The position numbers were made by a program, and so were the translations under genes. The notes below the pieces were generated by a model. The model saw only the letters and a program-made list of their open reading frames with translations, had not been told where the DNA came from and searched no databases. From assembly GCA_964252035.1 (NCBI GenBank), contig OZ176207.1: DNA of 64,000 nt. The stretch is one strand, 5' to 3'. The DNA comes from Podarcis erhardii. Taxonomy: Eukaryota. Below are positions 48,892 to 61,129 of this stretch, piece by piece. The stretch's first letter is position 1. Each line of letters starts with the position of its first letter.

Positions 48892-49542
48892 CTGTGGAAG
48901 AGTGTGGAATTAGATTACTCACAATGTATTAAAAAATCTACCCAATTAACACTCAACCTAGAACGGCTCATAAAACATTTCCTTTCTCAAATGCTACTGA
49001 CAGGATACCTCAATTGGAAACACCATTTAAAAAAATAAATCACTGGTGAGGTGACAGAATATTTATTTTAGGCTAGCACTCTCTGAGCAGCAAGTCACCC
49101 CTCTGCATATCACAGGTTCCTTTGGTAACATTTCTCAGTTTCATAAGTCTTTTGCTATTGAGTACAGGGACTGCCACTGAGAACACAAATGCTCTTGGGA
49201 AAACCAGTCAAATGAATCTGGACGCTGAAGTCTTAGGCATGTCATCCTGATGAGAGTAGTAAACATGTCACAAAAATGTTGTGAAGATTAGCTACATAAG
49301 CATTTTGAATACTAAATACTTTTACATTACTGATAATAATTTCCAATAGTTCCAGAATTATGACTATATTCTTCATTGCTCCGGAGAAACTACATTGTGA
49401 CTCATGCAAGAAAGTGTTGAGGGATTACAATTTGCAACAATAAATTGGCCATACTAGTCAAGAGTGATTAAAGTCACGAGTTGAAAAACATCTGAAGGTC
49501 CACTATCTGGTTTATCTCTTCCAACTGTAATAGCAAACATAC

Positions 49543-49734
49543 CTGCTGCTAGTAAATACTTCACCAGCTCTAAGTGGCCCTCCTGTGCCGCTTCCATCAA
49601 AGGTGTAGAACAACCAAGTTCTATGTCAGCTCCTGCCTTAATGAGGAAGTCAGCTACTTCCGAAAACCCTCCACAGCATGCTAAAGTTAGAGCTGTCTCC
49701 TGTGTCTCTTCTGTCTGTGCGTTTATATTAGCAC
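49543..49734 (-). CDS. ANKHD1: ANKHD1 exon ~9 (GANINAQTEETQETALTLACCGG...KYLLAAG), 192 nt
   Basis: gtag|GT acceptor, G|gtatgt donor; manual translation. Confidence 0.95.
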
Positions 49735-50681
49735 CTACAAAAAAAATTATTTAGGAAAAAAAATCATTAGCATGCCCATTTGATATTGGTTCCCCCTCAC
49801 TGGATTTTAGTGCTATTTTATTGGCCTGCATTTCTTCATATGGTTTCTGCTAATTTCTGTGCTAGCGCAGCTTCTGCATGGATAGTTTTAGTTTACTGTA
49901 TTCATATTTTATTTTATTTTTATTTGTGACCTGCCCAGAAGACATGGTTGATTATTGTGTGGTATGGTATACAAATATAAAAACCAAATATCAAATAAAT
50001 AAATCCACTGGCTTACCACAATGGCAACAAAAGGCCCAACACCTTGAAAAAATGGTTTTAAAAGAGGTACAATAGAGCAATTTTCTCTCAACTTATCTGC
50101 CAGGTAACACATTAACTTAAGACATTTTCACACATTCCACACCCAGTTAAGCGAAGATGCCTCCCTGCAATACCTGCTTCTTGGTCTACACTTGGCTCTT
50201 CTTACGAAGGTAGCCAGCAGAGCAATGTTATGGTGTGCAAGATCCTCATCCAATCTGCGAAGTATTTAGCAGTAGAGGTAGGAACAAGTGGGAGAAACAC
50301 AGAAGCACCAGCCAAACATTAAGCACTGGGAGCACATTTGTACTCTTCCCAACGTAGCAGCCTAAGGAGCTTTGTGGAACTGCTGCTGGCACAGATAAAA
50401 GGGCAAGATTCCTTAATCACATCTTCAACACTGGCTGGCTGAGCAAGTCTGTTTAAACACCTTCTCTTGCCTTTTCTTTTAGCGCAAAATGAAGGTTTCC
50501 TAATCCAATAAACATTACATCCTGCAATAAAAGGTGCTTAGAAATTAATCAGGTTGGTTGGGAACACCATTTTTTACTCCAATTAATATTTTTATTGATC
50601 TAGAGAATTCTGAATAGGTTAGCAGCCCTAGTAATTATCCTCAGTGTAAGAGGCACCAGAATCAACACCACAATTGGTGTT

Positions 50682-50742
50682 GGGGACTGGACTAGATGAT
50701 CCTTGTGGTCCCTTCCAACTCTATGATACTATAAACTATGAA
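50682..50742 (+). mobile_element. CR1 3' end fragment
   Basis: ggggactggactagatgatcc...ccttccaactctatgat. Confidence 0.65.
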
Positions 50743-50837
50743 CTACTCTGCTAGCAATATTAGTATTGAAGCCACCAAGAAAGAAGCTAGTAAAAATAAT
50801 ATTAATGCTCTAATTTGCAACAAATGTGTTGTCTTAC

Positions 50838-51075
50838 CTTGAGCTAGTAATAGAGCCACCATCTCCTCGTGGCCTTCCCGAGCAGCTTCCATTAATGGAG
50901 TATAACCTTCATCATTAACTTCCTCAAGGTTTGCTCCCCTTTCTATTAACAGGGCTGCTAGCTCCACATGGCCACCACAAGCAGCAAGTGTCAGTGGAGA
51001 TTCAAAGGAATCAGCAGGCATGTTCACTTGAGCACCACTATCCAGTAACAGACGAGCTACTTCCACATGCCCATC
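50838..51075 (-). CDS. ANKHD1: ANKHD1 exon ~8 (DGHVEVARLLLDSGAQ...MVALLLAQG), 238 nt
   Basis: atag|GAT acceptor, G|gtaaga donor. Confidence 0.96.
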
Positions 51076-51082
51076 CTATTTC

Positions 51083-51083
<1 letters not shown>

Positions 51084-51127
<44 letters not shown>
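51084..51127. repeat. (GAAA)11 microsatellite next to the exon 8 acceptor
   Basis: Direct reading. Confidence 0.95.
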
Positions 51128-51128
<1 letters not shown>

Positions 51129-51857
51129 CTCAAATATTCTAGAAAGGAAATTTTCAATATCATTTGAATTATGTTAGGAATGTATGTTCACTCTTCAGCT
51201 TAAATTGCAAACAACTGAATTTACTGTGAAATCTTATTCTGATCAGCAGAGTGAAACATTCAGGCATGTCATCTTCTAGAAAACAGGGTCAAAACATTTT
51301 TATTTTATTTTTTATTTCCTGTTGCTACAGCCAGATGAGACCTTTCCACTAGTCCACAGACTGGTTGTAGTAACTAAAATGTATCTGAAGGAGAACCCCA
51401 CTGTGTCTAATAACAAGAACTATAAAACAAGAACAGAAGAAGCAATACAGAAGCCAACTGAGAAGGTAAAACAGAAGAGCTATCAGTGGAATCAGGTTCA
51501 ACTTGAATCAAGCTGTATGTGCCACTCTGCACTGACCAGAAAGCATCCAAGTTTCCATTCTTAGTTAGTGGAGGAGTGGAGCATACAAAAGAGATGTTCG
51601 GAAGCAGTATACCTTGAAACTGAGTGGGATGACAGCTTCCAGTTACAGGAACTGCTGAATACTCTCCTTCTGGAGGCCATTGGGTGTGTGGACCTTGACG
51701 GCTGCTCCATATATAACTTCCAGAGGAAGTGGTGTGTACAGTCACATTTGGTGGCTGTCGTCCATCCGCCCCCCCCCCCCGAATGTGCAGCAATGCCGGG
51801 AGAAGACCAGCTGAATTTAAGAGCAGTCTGCCTGCAGAACTCCTTAACCTACTACAT

Positions 51858-52043
51858 CAGGGGTTGTCAACCTGGTCCCTACCGCCCACTAGTGGGTGTT
51901 TCAGGATTCTAGGTGGGCGGTAGGGGGTTCAACGGCAGAAACTGAATCCTCCTTCCATTGAGCACTGATGGGCAGTAAGGAAATTTTACCATCAAGAAAG
52001 ATGCATTAGTGGGTGGTAGGTATAAAAAAATTGACTACCCCTG
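51858..52043. mobile_element. hAT-type MITE
   Basis: TIRs caggggttgtcaa...ttgactacccctg; TSD tactacat/cactacat (7/8). Confidence 0.8.
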
Positions 52044-53256
52044 CACTACATGATGGTTGATTGGGAACTTTTTTGCCCTGGACCACTGCCTTCTAGGAGT
52101 TAACCCTTTCCTGTATGCTCCACTCCTCTGCTGACCAAGAATCAACTATTCTTCCACACCTTCTATATTCAGATGCACCTCTACTAATTGCATGGGATGA
52201 AGAGTCACAGGATATTCTGCTGGACAGAGCATGCACAAATCTAGGAGCATCTACAAGAGTTTGTTTGTCATCAATTTACAGTAGATATTTAATTCCATGT
52301 TCATTGCAGCTTGCTGGGGACAGGGAAGGGAAGCTTGGCATTGTCCTCCATTTTCAACATGGTTGCAGGGATCAGCTGAAAGAATACTGCAGCACAATAT
52401 ATTTTGTTGATTATTTTCTGAATTCATGGGAGCTGTAGTTCAGCAACACGGAGGGCCAAAGGTTCCCCATACCTAGCTTAACGTTATATGTGAACAGAGT
52501 CACTTCATTCTCAGTTACGCACAACCTCCCTAGAGAGGTATGCCCATCACTGCCTACTGTTAGGCAGACAGTAACAGACCATTGTTTCACTGAGCCTTTT
52601 AGAATATTTGCCCCTTTGCTGCTGCTTAATCAGTTGCTACTTACTATACGATATGATTGTTGCTTTTATTCAAATGCTTCTATGATGTCTCACAGCAGAT
52701 CATGAAGTGTATTCTTATATACAGAATATAAAGCGTATCATTGATACAGAATATACCTAATTCTATGCAGTTTCCCAGCAGTAACTGTCCTTACACGTTT
52801 TTCAAACCAGGTAGTAGGCAATCAAAGCTTTTGACTACTCACTGCATCCTTATATAGCACAAGTGCTAATGGCATAATGCAGAAGACTACTGCAGCATTA
52901 GACCATTCTTCTTCAGAGAGGTGGTTACTATATTTATCCTCTTTTTCTGGCTATTACAAGCTACAGTTAGTTTACTGCTAACCTAAGTTGTGATTGCAAG
53001 CTGTTAACAACTCATTCCCCACTACTAGCTTTTACAATTTTACCAAGCTGAAGAAAAATAGTGTTTGACTTAAACTTATATGCCATGGCAATAAATACTG
53101 GAATGCTGTTTTTAGAACATAAATGAATAGCTGTGATCTTGCATAAACATTCTTGCAATGTGTTTTCTTTAAGTAGTGAAAGAGGTAAGGCTAGGTATGT
53201 TCAAGTTATTCAGTTTTCTTCAACCAAAACACCATTTAATCCAATGGTTATTTTAC

Positions 53257-53351
53257 CATGCAAGCCTCCATTAAAGCTGTGTGCATCTCATCTGTTTTGT
53301 GCTCTTGGTCAGCTCCAGCTTCAAGCAGGAAACGAACCATATCTAAGTGAC
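53257..53351 (-). CDS. ANKHD1: ANKHD1 exon ~7 (GHLDMVRFLLEAGADQEHKTDEMHTALMEACM), 95 nt; absent from the ORF track
   Basis: ttttctcttttatttgaag|GT acceptor, ATG|gtaaaa donor; manual translation. Confidence 0.95.
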
Positions 53352-53729
53352 CTTCAAATAAAAGAGAAAAATCAGCATGTTACAAGACCTAATAATGGTT
53401 CAAACCAACTATGCTTAACAGTTTCACACCAAGCTAGTACATTAAGCCAACTTAACGTAGTAACACATTGTATACTGGCATGTGGCAGCTTTTGTCAGAG
53501 GCCATTTCATTGCATGCATCGGATAGTACGGTTTGTTGTAAACCATATATACATATGGATGTAAAGAGGAACAAAATGTAAAGGTTGGAGTCAAATGGCA
53601 ATGGAATGCAAACAGTAGTCCATGGCAATTTGATATGAGCTTAAATATAATTTATATTATGTATGCATAATTGAAAATAACTTTTTAAAAAGATCCTTCA
53701 CAGCAGCAGTAATAGTTGGGATATGGTAT

Positions 53730-54261
53730 GTGAGGATGGCCTAGAAGTCAACTGGAAACTTCAATTGATCCAAAATGCAGAGGACAGATTACTGACTGGG
53801 GTTCCATTTAGATGACTTACAGCCCCCATTTAAAAACAGTTGCACTGGTTGCCAGATAACCACAGGCCTAATTCAGGGTGTTCGTGTTAGCGTTCAAAGC
53901 CCTAAACAAAACTGAGTCCCCAGATCTCTGAAAAACCACCTTCTTCCATACAGACCTTTTCAAATCAGCAGAGGGTTATCGCTTGGTAGTTCCACTGCCT
54001 GAGAGAAGGCACTCTGTGGCAGCCACTTAGTTGTGGAACTTGCACCTCTGTGGGGAGGATCTGGCAACTTCATTATACCGACTTTGGCAAACGCTGAAGA
54101 CGCACCTCTTTAGCCAGGGGCCTTTGACACCTGAGGTATATATTTTCAGGACACACCCTATTTTTTGAGATTGCATCTTTTGTACTGGTATAACATTAAA
54201 AGCAGTGTTTAAAATTTAAATTGTTGTAACCCATCCTGGGACATTAGGGAAGACATGTATG

Positions 54262-54298
<37 letters not shown>
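53730..54298 (+). mobile_element. L2 3' fragment ending in a (CAAT)9 tail (54262-54298)
   Basis: LHWLP remnant (ttgcactggttgcca), ttgtaacccatcctggga terminus, tandem tail. Confidence 0.7.
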
Positions 54299-54299
<1 letters not shown>

Positions 54300-54478
54300 C
54301 CCTAACCCTCCTCAGCCCTGCCCTCTTGCATGGCATTACATACAGTGAATTGTGGAGGGCATACTGTGCCTTTATGTTATAATTAAACACACAGTGTAAT
54401 GCTACAAGCAGCAGATTTCTTTAGAAGGGTATACAGGGATACTCAGGTTTTCCAATGCAATCCTTCAAAATGTCCTAC

Positions 54479-54712
54479 CTTTATAACAAGCAAGTGTAAG
54501 AGCACTTTCTTTGAATTCATTGGAATGAGTGTTTATTCCTGCACCATATTCCAGAAGTACTCTTGCAACCTCAACATGACCTGCACTGGCTGCTTCCATT
54601 AAGGGGGTATGTCCATTTTCATTATGATCTTCAATATTCGCACCTGCTTTCAACAACACTTTGACAATATCAACAAATCCCCCAGCGCAGGCATAAGTGA
54701 GTGCTGTGTTTC
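54479..54712 (-). CDS. ANKHD1: ANKHD1 exon ~6 (GNTALTYACAGG...ALTLACYKG), 234 nt
   Basis: ttag|GA acceptor, G|gtagga donor; ankyrin repeats. Confidence 0.96.
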
Positions 54713-54747
54713 CTAAGAGAACAGGGGAAAACAAACCAAGGTCACTT

Positions 54748-55043
54748 GGAGGAGGAGGAGGAGGAGGAGGAGGAGGAGGAGGAGGAGGAGGAGGAGGAGG
54801 AGGAGGAGGAGTTTGGATTTGATATCCCGCTTTATCACTACCCGAAGGAGTCTCAAAGTGGCTAACATTCTCCTTTCCCTTCCTCCCCCACAACAAATAC
54901 TCTGTGAGGTGAGTGAGGCTGAGAGACTTCAGAGAAGTGTGGCTGGCCCAAGGTCACCCAGCAGCTGCATGTGGAGGAGCGGGGAAGCGAACCCGGTTCC
55001 CCAGATTACGGGTCTACCGCTCTTAACCACTACACCACCCCTG
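54748..55043 (-). mobile_element. tRNA-derived SINE (Squam3-like) with (TCC)21 tail
   Basis: A box tggtgtagtggt, B-box-like gggttcgcttccc, body ending aaagcgggatatcaaatccaaac; (GGA)21 at 54748-54810 on +. Confidence 0.8.
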
Positions 55044-55517
55044 CTTTGCAAGTTTAACTCTTTATTCATTGAGATTAAGAAATTGGTCCCGCAAAAGGAT
55101 GACTACTGTTTGACGGGACTTTAAATCTGCATAATATCAAACAGAAAACACTGGTTACAAATTGACATTCTGAGCAGTTTTACATTAGTGTACTTTCAAT
55201 AGTCATTTCTAATGAGCAATGATTTTGGAATATATTTCTTACTACAGAAAAATGCTTTATGAAAACTTATAAATTAGTGTCAAGGTATTTAATTTCTCCT
55301 AAATGTGACAGTGTTGCTGTTTTAAAATATTATAATATTAACACTAATACTACATGAACTTCTTCATCCAGGTTCAACTGAGTGATCACTTAAAAGACAA
55401 AGTTTACAGTGCACTACTTTTCACACATAATACTACATCCCTAAGTAAATATTTGCATCTATTTAATCTATTGGCACTCAAATTATTAGTAGTTTTTCAT
55501 TTCTTATTTACACTTAC

Positions 55518-55665
55518 CTGTTGAAGACTGGGCATTGACATCAGCACAATGAACAAGCAGCAGTTTCACAATGTCCACATAGCCGCCACTGGCTGCTGCC
55601 ATGAGTGGGGTTATATCTCCTTTATTTCCTCTATCTTCAACGTTTGCATGCATTGCAAGCAGTAC
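55518..55665 (-). CDS. ANKHD1: ANKHD1 exon ~5 (VLLAMHANVEDRGNKGDITPLM...AQSSTG), 148 nt
   Basis: ttcag|GTA acceptor, G|gtaagt donor; TPLM ankyrin motif. Confidence 0.96.
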
Positions 55666-56062
55666 CTGAATAAATGAAACAGAAGTTAAACTCCTATTAG
55701 TCATTACTATTCCCCTTTCTTGGTCTTTTAAAGGCTTCAACTTAGTCATTCTCGATGTGAAGGGAAGAATCAGATGTTCAGTCACAAGAAAAGTCATTTA
55801 TCACCAGCACTGTGCCAGCCCTCTAAACAGGAGTCTCCATTCAGAGGAATGCCATTTTGAGAAAGACTAGTTGTAAAGGAAACAGAGGAAGAAAACAAAA
55901 CAAAAAGGTATGAGCAGAGAAGGGCCTAGCCTAGATAAGGGTGTAGAAAGGAAGCATGGGTAATCATTAAATCAGTCTGTATAAAAATAAATGTGATTCG
56001 TTTACAAGCCTGGGAAATGTGGAAACTGTCCTGGGTTAACAATGAAATAGTTAAGTTCAATA

Positions 56063-56311
56063 CAGTTTAACTTGGAAGTCGAACAGAATCTGTTCTGGAA
56101 GTCTGTTCAACTTCCAAAACGTTTAGAAACCAAAGTGCGGTTTCTCATTGGCTGCAGGAAGCTCCTGCAGCCAATCGGAAGCCATGGAAGCCTCATTGGA
56201 AATTCGGGTTCCAAAGAATGTTCGCAAACCGGAGCAGTCACTTCCGGGTTTGTGGCATTTGGGAACCAAAACATCCAAGTTCCAAGGCGCTCGGGATCCA
56301 AGATACAACTG
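56063..56311. mobile_element. Tc1/mariner (Tigger-like) MITE
   Basis: TA|cagtt...aactg|TA; internal palindrome attggctgcagga/tcctgcagccaat. Confidence 0.7.
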
Positions 56312-57469
56312 TATTATTGCACTCCTGCCACCACCACAATGTGGAGCTGTTTCCTGAAGTAAAGAAACAGCACAGCACTGTGGGAACTGCACTATTCTCC
56401 ATCCGCTATCTTAGCCTTCCACACGGCCTTCACACTAAGGTGGTGGTAAAGTTAAACGGCGTCATGGTTTTGTGATAAGGCAACAAGGGAAGAGCACCTT
56501 GTAGGGCAGGAAGAAGATAAAAGAATACAAAGTTAAAGATGACCACCCCCTCAGTACTTGTAAACCTGAATACTTCAATACATACTTTGAATACATCCAA
56601 GATATGTGGATATGATCCAAATTCACATGACCACCACATTCAGCTCACTTTTTCTTTTTAAATTTCTCTCAAACAACATGAGGTAAAAATTATTTCTAGC
56701 TTCTAGTTCTCTGGCTGTAATAATCTCTGGCACAAAACACACAGAACAAAAGCTGAGAGCTGCAAAGCTGTTGGGTGGAATTAAATGTTGCACAATGGCA
56801 AACGTGCCACCAAGGGAAGGATTTCACACACCCCTGTGTGCTCTCTGAGCATCCTCCAGAACCCCACAGATCCAATTTTGGGAACATGGGAGACAAGGGC
56901 AGAGGGGGGAAAGCACAAATGCATAACTGGAAGTTCTTAAACAGGGCTTCTGCTAAGGGGGCTCATAGTGTGAATCCCATCCTCAGACTTTGTCATTGTA
57001 TCTCCATGAATACAGGAAGCTGCCAAGTTAGACCATTGGTCCAGCTAGCTCAGTTGTGTCCACAATAACTCTTAGCTGCATGAGCTACAGGCCTATAGTG
57101 ACCCTCAGAATCTTGACAATAACTTCATGAAGTCCATGTCATACTAAGTAATCCTTCAGATTATGCAGGCAGAAGATAGGGTTACAGAGATGGACATGGT
57201 TAGTTTTCCTAACCTGATGCTGAAAAACCATTACCATTCCCTTTTCACAGTGGGGAGAGCTCTACTTGAATATTCTTACCATGACTGGGAAAAGGGAGTG
57301 GAGAAAGGGAAACAAACAATGATGGTTAGAGGGCAGCTTTTTACAACAGAGCAAGAGCAATCTGGTGCCACCAATGAAGATGTTTACTTTCTGCCATAGA
57401 ACTAAATGGAACCACATCACTACCACCAATAGCGATACTGCCAGTGTTAAGACATACAAAGCAAGTCCT

Positions 57470-57670
57470 AATGACATTTCCAAGGAAACTTCTTGACAAA
57501 TGACACCACACTCAAAGTTGGCTGGCATCTGTCTGTCTTGGAAGACAATGGAAGGGTGTGCCTTTGGGGGTGAAGACAAACTGTTGGAGAGTTACAGCAC
57601 CTGCTGTGGCTGTAGAGACCGATACAGGAGAGACATGTTTTATTGCAGCTGGGGCAGATGAAGGCATTCA
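57470..57670 (-). mobile_element. RTE-type LINE 3' fragment
   Basis: C-terminal FICPSCNKTCLSCIGLYSHSRCC Cys/His motif typical of RTE ORF ends. Confidence 0.65.
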
Positions 57671-58108
57671 AAAATCATAGAGTAATAGCTCAAGAATCAA
57701 GGAATAACAGAAATGCAAGGTGTTCTACTAAACTTCATCTTTACCCAGGAATATGCTAAGAAGTCAGAAAAAAACCTGTTTGGTGGTGTTTGTTCAACTT
57801 TCTTGTTAAAGTTAAACCTTGCAGGATTAAGCACTTCAAAAGCCACTGAATACGTGAGCAGAACATTTGCCTTGTCCTTTTAAATCAGTAGTCCATTTTA
57901 TAAACATATCAATTATTTCTGGGTTCATGAGAAGTTTTAGCATTAAAGAACTGATATGACTGTGTTAAGGAAAGCATGTTTCTACTGCACCCTCTAGATA
58001 CCAGGTTAAAAATACACTTTTTAATTCTTGGATAAGTTAGAAGATTATCTATAGGCCTCACACCTTTAGTATTTAAAGGAATGGTTTAGAACACTAGTCT
58101 TTACTCAC

Positions 58109-58256
58109 TTGTGCCAACTCATAATACCCAGCTGAACATGCCAAGCAAAGGAGACTCTCCCCTTCTTCTGTATGTTCATTTACACTTCTTCCTTCATCCA
58201 ACAGCTTCCGGACAGCATTTACATCCCCATCCGAGCATGCTTCTGCCAAACTGCGA
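58109..58256 (-). CDS. ANKHD1: ANKHD1 exon ~4 (RSLAEACSDGD...GYYELAQ), 148 nt; start of ankyrin cluster 1
   Basis: cag|T acceptor, CAA|gtgagt donor. Confidence 0.96.
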
Positions 58257-59092
58257 CTGGAAGATAACATTTTAAATACAATGAGCACACATGGAAGTAG
58301 CTCAAATGAATTACACAAATGGTAACTTATGATTAACTTTAGTACAATTTTCATTACTAAAGACAGCTGGCGTCCTTTACAAAATTATATTAAACAAACA
58401 TGAAGAATCATTTAGCAAGCTGCTTAGGCAACTCTTGTTGTGACTGTATCTGGGAAAATGGGAGTGAGCTTTAAGGACTCTTTCCATGCAACTCACAACA
58501 GGGAAAGAGATGCCTGAACCAGGAATCTGGGAGATTTATGAAGAATGCATTCAGGATAATTTAGAAAGGACTAAATTGCCACTCTGGGTGACAAAATTGA
58601 AGTATTTTACTGTAATCACCTTGAAAGGTTGTTTTGTTATATTTATATAAAAAATACCAAAAATTAAAAATACATAAAGCTTATATAAATATAAAAATAA
58701 GTATACCGTAAATTGACTGTACACCACTTGGTCTTTATATAGCCATGTGGCAGTTCATAGGACAGCACTGGTAAGTCACAATTTCAAAGGCAGCTATATA
58801 AATTTCTAATATAGGTAGAAGGATGACTAAGTCATAAGTGCACCAGATTATGTGTTTTTCTTTTTCAGAATCTTAAATCTTAAAATTGAATAAAGGGAAC
58901 AACAAAGCTTGCAGCATGGTTTTCTGAACATTTTGGCCAAACACTTTAAGAGATGCATATCCATACTGCTGGCTAAGCAGTAAATTTCACATAAAATATT
59001 GTCTATCAAGTTTCCAAGTCATTAAGTGAACACTGTATGAATTAAAAAACATGATGAGAGATTAATCTCTATGCTGACTTTAGCCCAGATTA

Positions 59093-59776
59093 CCGTATTT
59101 TTCGTCCAAAAATGAAGGGGAAATGCGTGTGCGTCCTATGGGGCGAATGCAGGCTTTCGCTGAAGCCTGGAGAGCGAGAGGGGTTGGTGCGCACCGACCC
59201 CTCTCGCTCTCCAGGCTTCAGGAGAGCCGCAGCGCCAGTCCCACAAGGTCGGGGGACAGCGGGGAGGCGGAACGCCGCCATCCCGCTGTCTCCCAATGTG
59301 GTTTGGAGGCTGATGGCGGGGAGACGCGTGCTTCTCCGGGCCGCCAGCCCCGCAAGCTCCAGGGACAGCTGGGAAGCGCAGCGCGTCCTCCCGCTGTCCC
59401 CAGACCTGATCTGCAGGCGGGCAGCGGGGAGAAGAGCGCTTCTCCCCGCTGCCTGCCCCCCAAGCTCCGGGGACAGTTGGGAGGCGCAGCGCATCCTCCC
59501 GCTGTCCCCGGACCTGACCTGCAGGCGGGCGGCGGGGAGAAGTGCACTTCTCCCCACTGCCTGCCCCGCAAGCTCCAGGGACAGTTGCGAGGCGCAGCGC
59601 GTCCTCCCGCTGTCCCCGGATCTGGTCTGCAGGCGGGCGGCGGGGAGAAGAGTGCCTCTCCCCGCTGCCGGCCCCACAAGCGCCTGGGGGGGAAATAATT
59701 TTTTTTTTCTTTATTTCCCCCCAAAAAACTTGGTGCATCCTATGGGCCGGTGCGTCCTATGGGGCGAAAAATACGG
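59093..59776. mobile_element. GC/CpG-rich Tc1/mariner (pogo-like) MITE with 108-bp tandem repeats
   Basis: TA|ccgtatttttcg...cgaaaaatacgg|TA; termini shared with 29275-29533; units start at 59353, 59461 and 59569. Confidence 0.85.
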
Positions 59777-60464
59777 TATTTATCTGTATTGTGAGAATTA
59801 AGGATATTTGCAGTCTACCTGCCACTTAAAAAAACAAAATCCAGCCACTGAAGGCCTAAAGTCGAATTCTTGCAAAATGCATGTTTCATCTGATGCAATG
59901 AATGTATCTAATGCAAGCAATTTCAGTATTAATGTTCGCACATTCAATTAGTCTTCCCTGTACAGTTTTACCAAGGACAACTATTTGACATTTAATATTC
60001 TATGAAGTAATTCCTGGCCTTCCTTCCTTACTTTCCTATGAGTATATAAGCCTCATCCTCTGTGCTCCATATTGCCTCATTATACAACTATCCCATTTTT
60101 AAATTTGCATGAAACTGCATGGATGCAACATATATGTGAATATACTTCATCAATTAACATGTGGAAATATGTCAATTTTGTCTCATGACATTACCTTATC
60201 TTGCTACTGAAGCTCTCCAAGCCAATTAGAGAACCTCGCCTCTGAATCACATTGAGGGATTGATATGGCTGAAATATTACTTTGGGTAAAGCCCAAAGTG
60301 GTCACTATTCAGTTTACATTTCTGAATACCAGAGACAGAAGCTGGTCTAGGCCTATTTATATTCCTTTATTAGATATACCAAGAGCCACTTTATCCACAA
60401 TCCTCAGCTTTTCAAGTCAAATGCAGATAGAATCAAACCAGATGAACAGGAATTCAATACATAC

Positions 60465-60621
60465 TTGTCCACTTGTCCTGCGTTGTGATTGTTCTCTGCT
60501 CTCATCCGTGTCAATGCAGCAGCAGCTTCATCCAATGCACAGCTGACAGAAGAAGTCAATCTTCGGAGCACCTCGGGATCTGCGAAGGCTTTACCATCGG
60601 CAGTGGACAATTTACCAATCC
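60465..60621 (-). CDS. ANKHD1: ANKHD1 exon ~3 (GIGKLSTADGKAFADPEVLRRL...GQVD), 157 nt, phase 1->2
   Basis: aag|GG acceptor, AA|gtatgt donor; frame continuous with neighbours. Confidence 0.93.
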
Positions 60622-61129
60622 CTTCAGCGAATGTGCGTTCATCAATCAGGTTAGTATGAAAACCACACAAAAAATGCAGAGACACCATTTTAAACTTCAG
60701 CCACATGCACTATTAGTTAAAGTTGTCAGCTGCAAACATGCTAGAAAATTAGAAACTACTTTGACCCTACGATATCAGGAAGATCAAACAGAACATGGAA
60801 AAGACAAAGCTAGCTTTAGGACTTGATAATTATTTTTGCGTCCTTAAATCCAACTCTTATGTTCCTGAACTACAAAAAGAATGGGAAAATGTCAACGGCA
60901 TCTGCACTTAATGCTTCAATTTTTTAAAAGTGACATAATGAAAATTTAGTGAGTTTTTTTTTAAAAAAACTAAAGTTAAAGTTAGATGCCAATTTAAATA
61001 TAAAGGACAGAACCCTTGGTATCTCGGATGTGGCTATATAAATGAATCAATCAATAACTGATAAACTTAAGAAGTGTTCTAGATACTTCATTGTACCTTT
61101 TGCCGAAACACCATGCTAAAACAAGCATT

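Noticed and set aside
54465-54896. 143-aa ORF with a ~21-residue poly-proline run fused to ankyrin repeats
   Set aside because: The poly-Pro is the SINE (TCC)21 tail in the intron; the real exon starts at the AG acceptor at 54712
54960-55043. tRNA-like A/B boxes suggesting a tRNA gene
   Set aside because: No complete cloverleaf; they continue directly into a SINE body and tail
59090-59829. Six overlapping long ORFs (95-229 aa)
   Set aside because: They lie within a TIR-bounded GC-rich MITE; the 108-bp period and scarcity of stops explain them, and no protein family is recognisable
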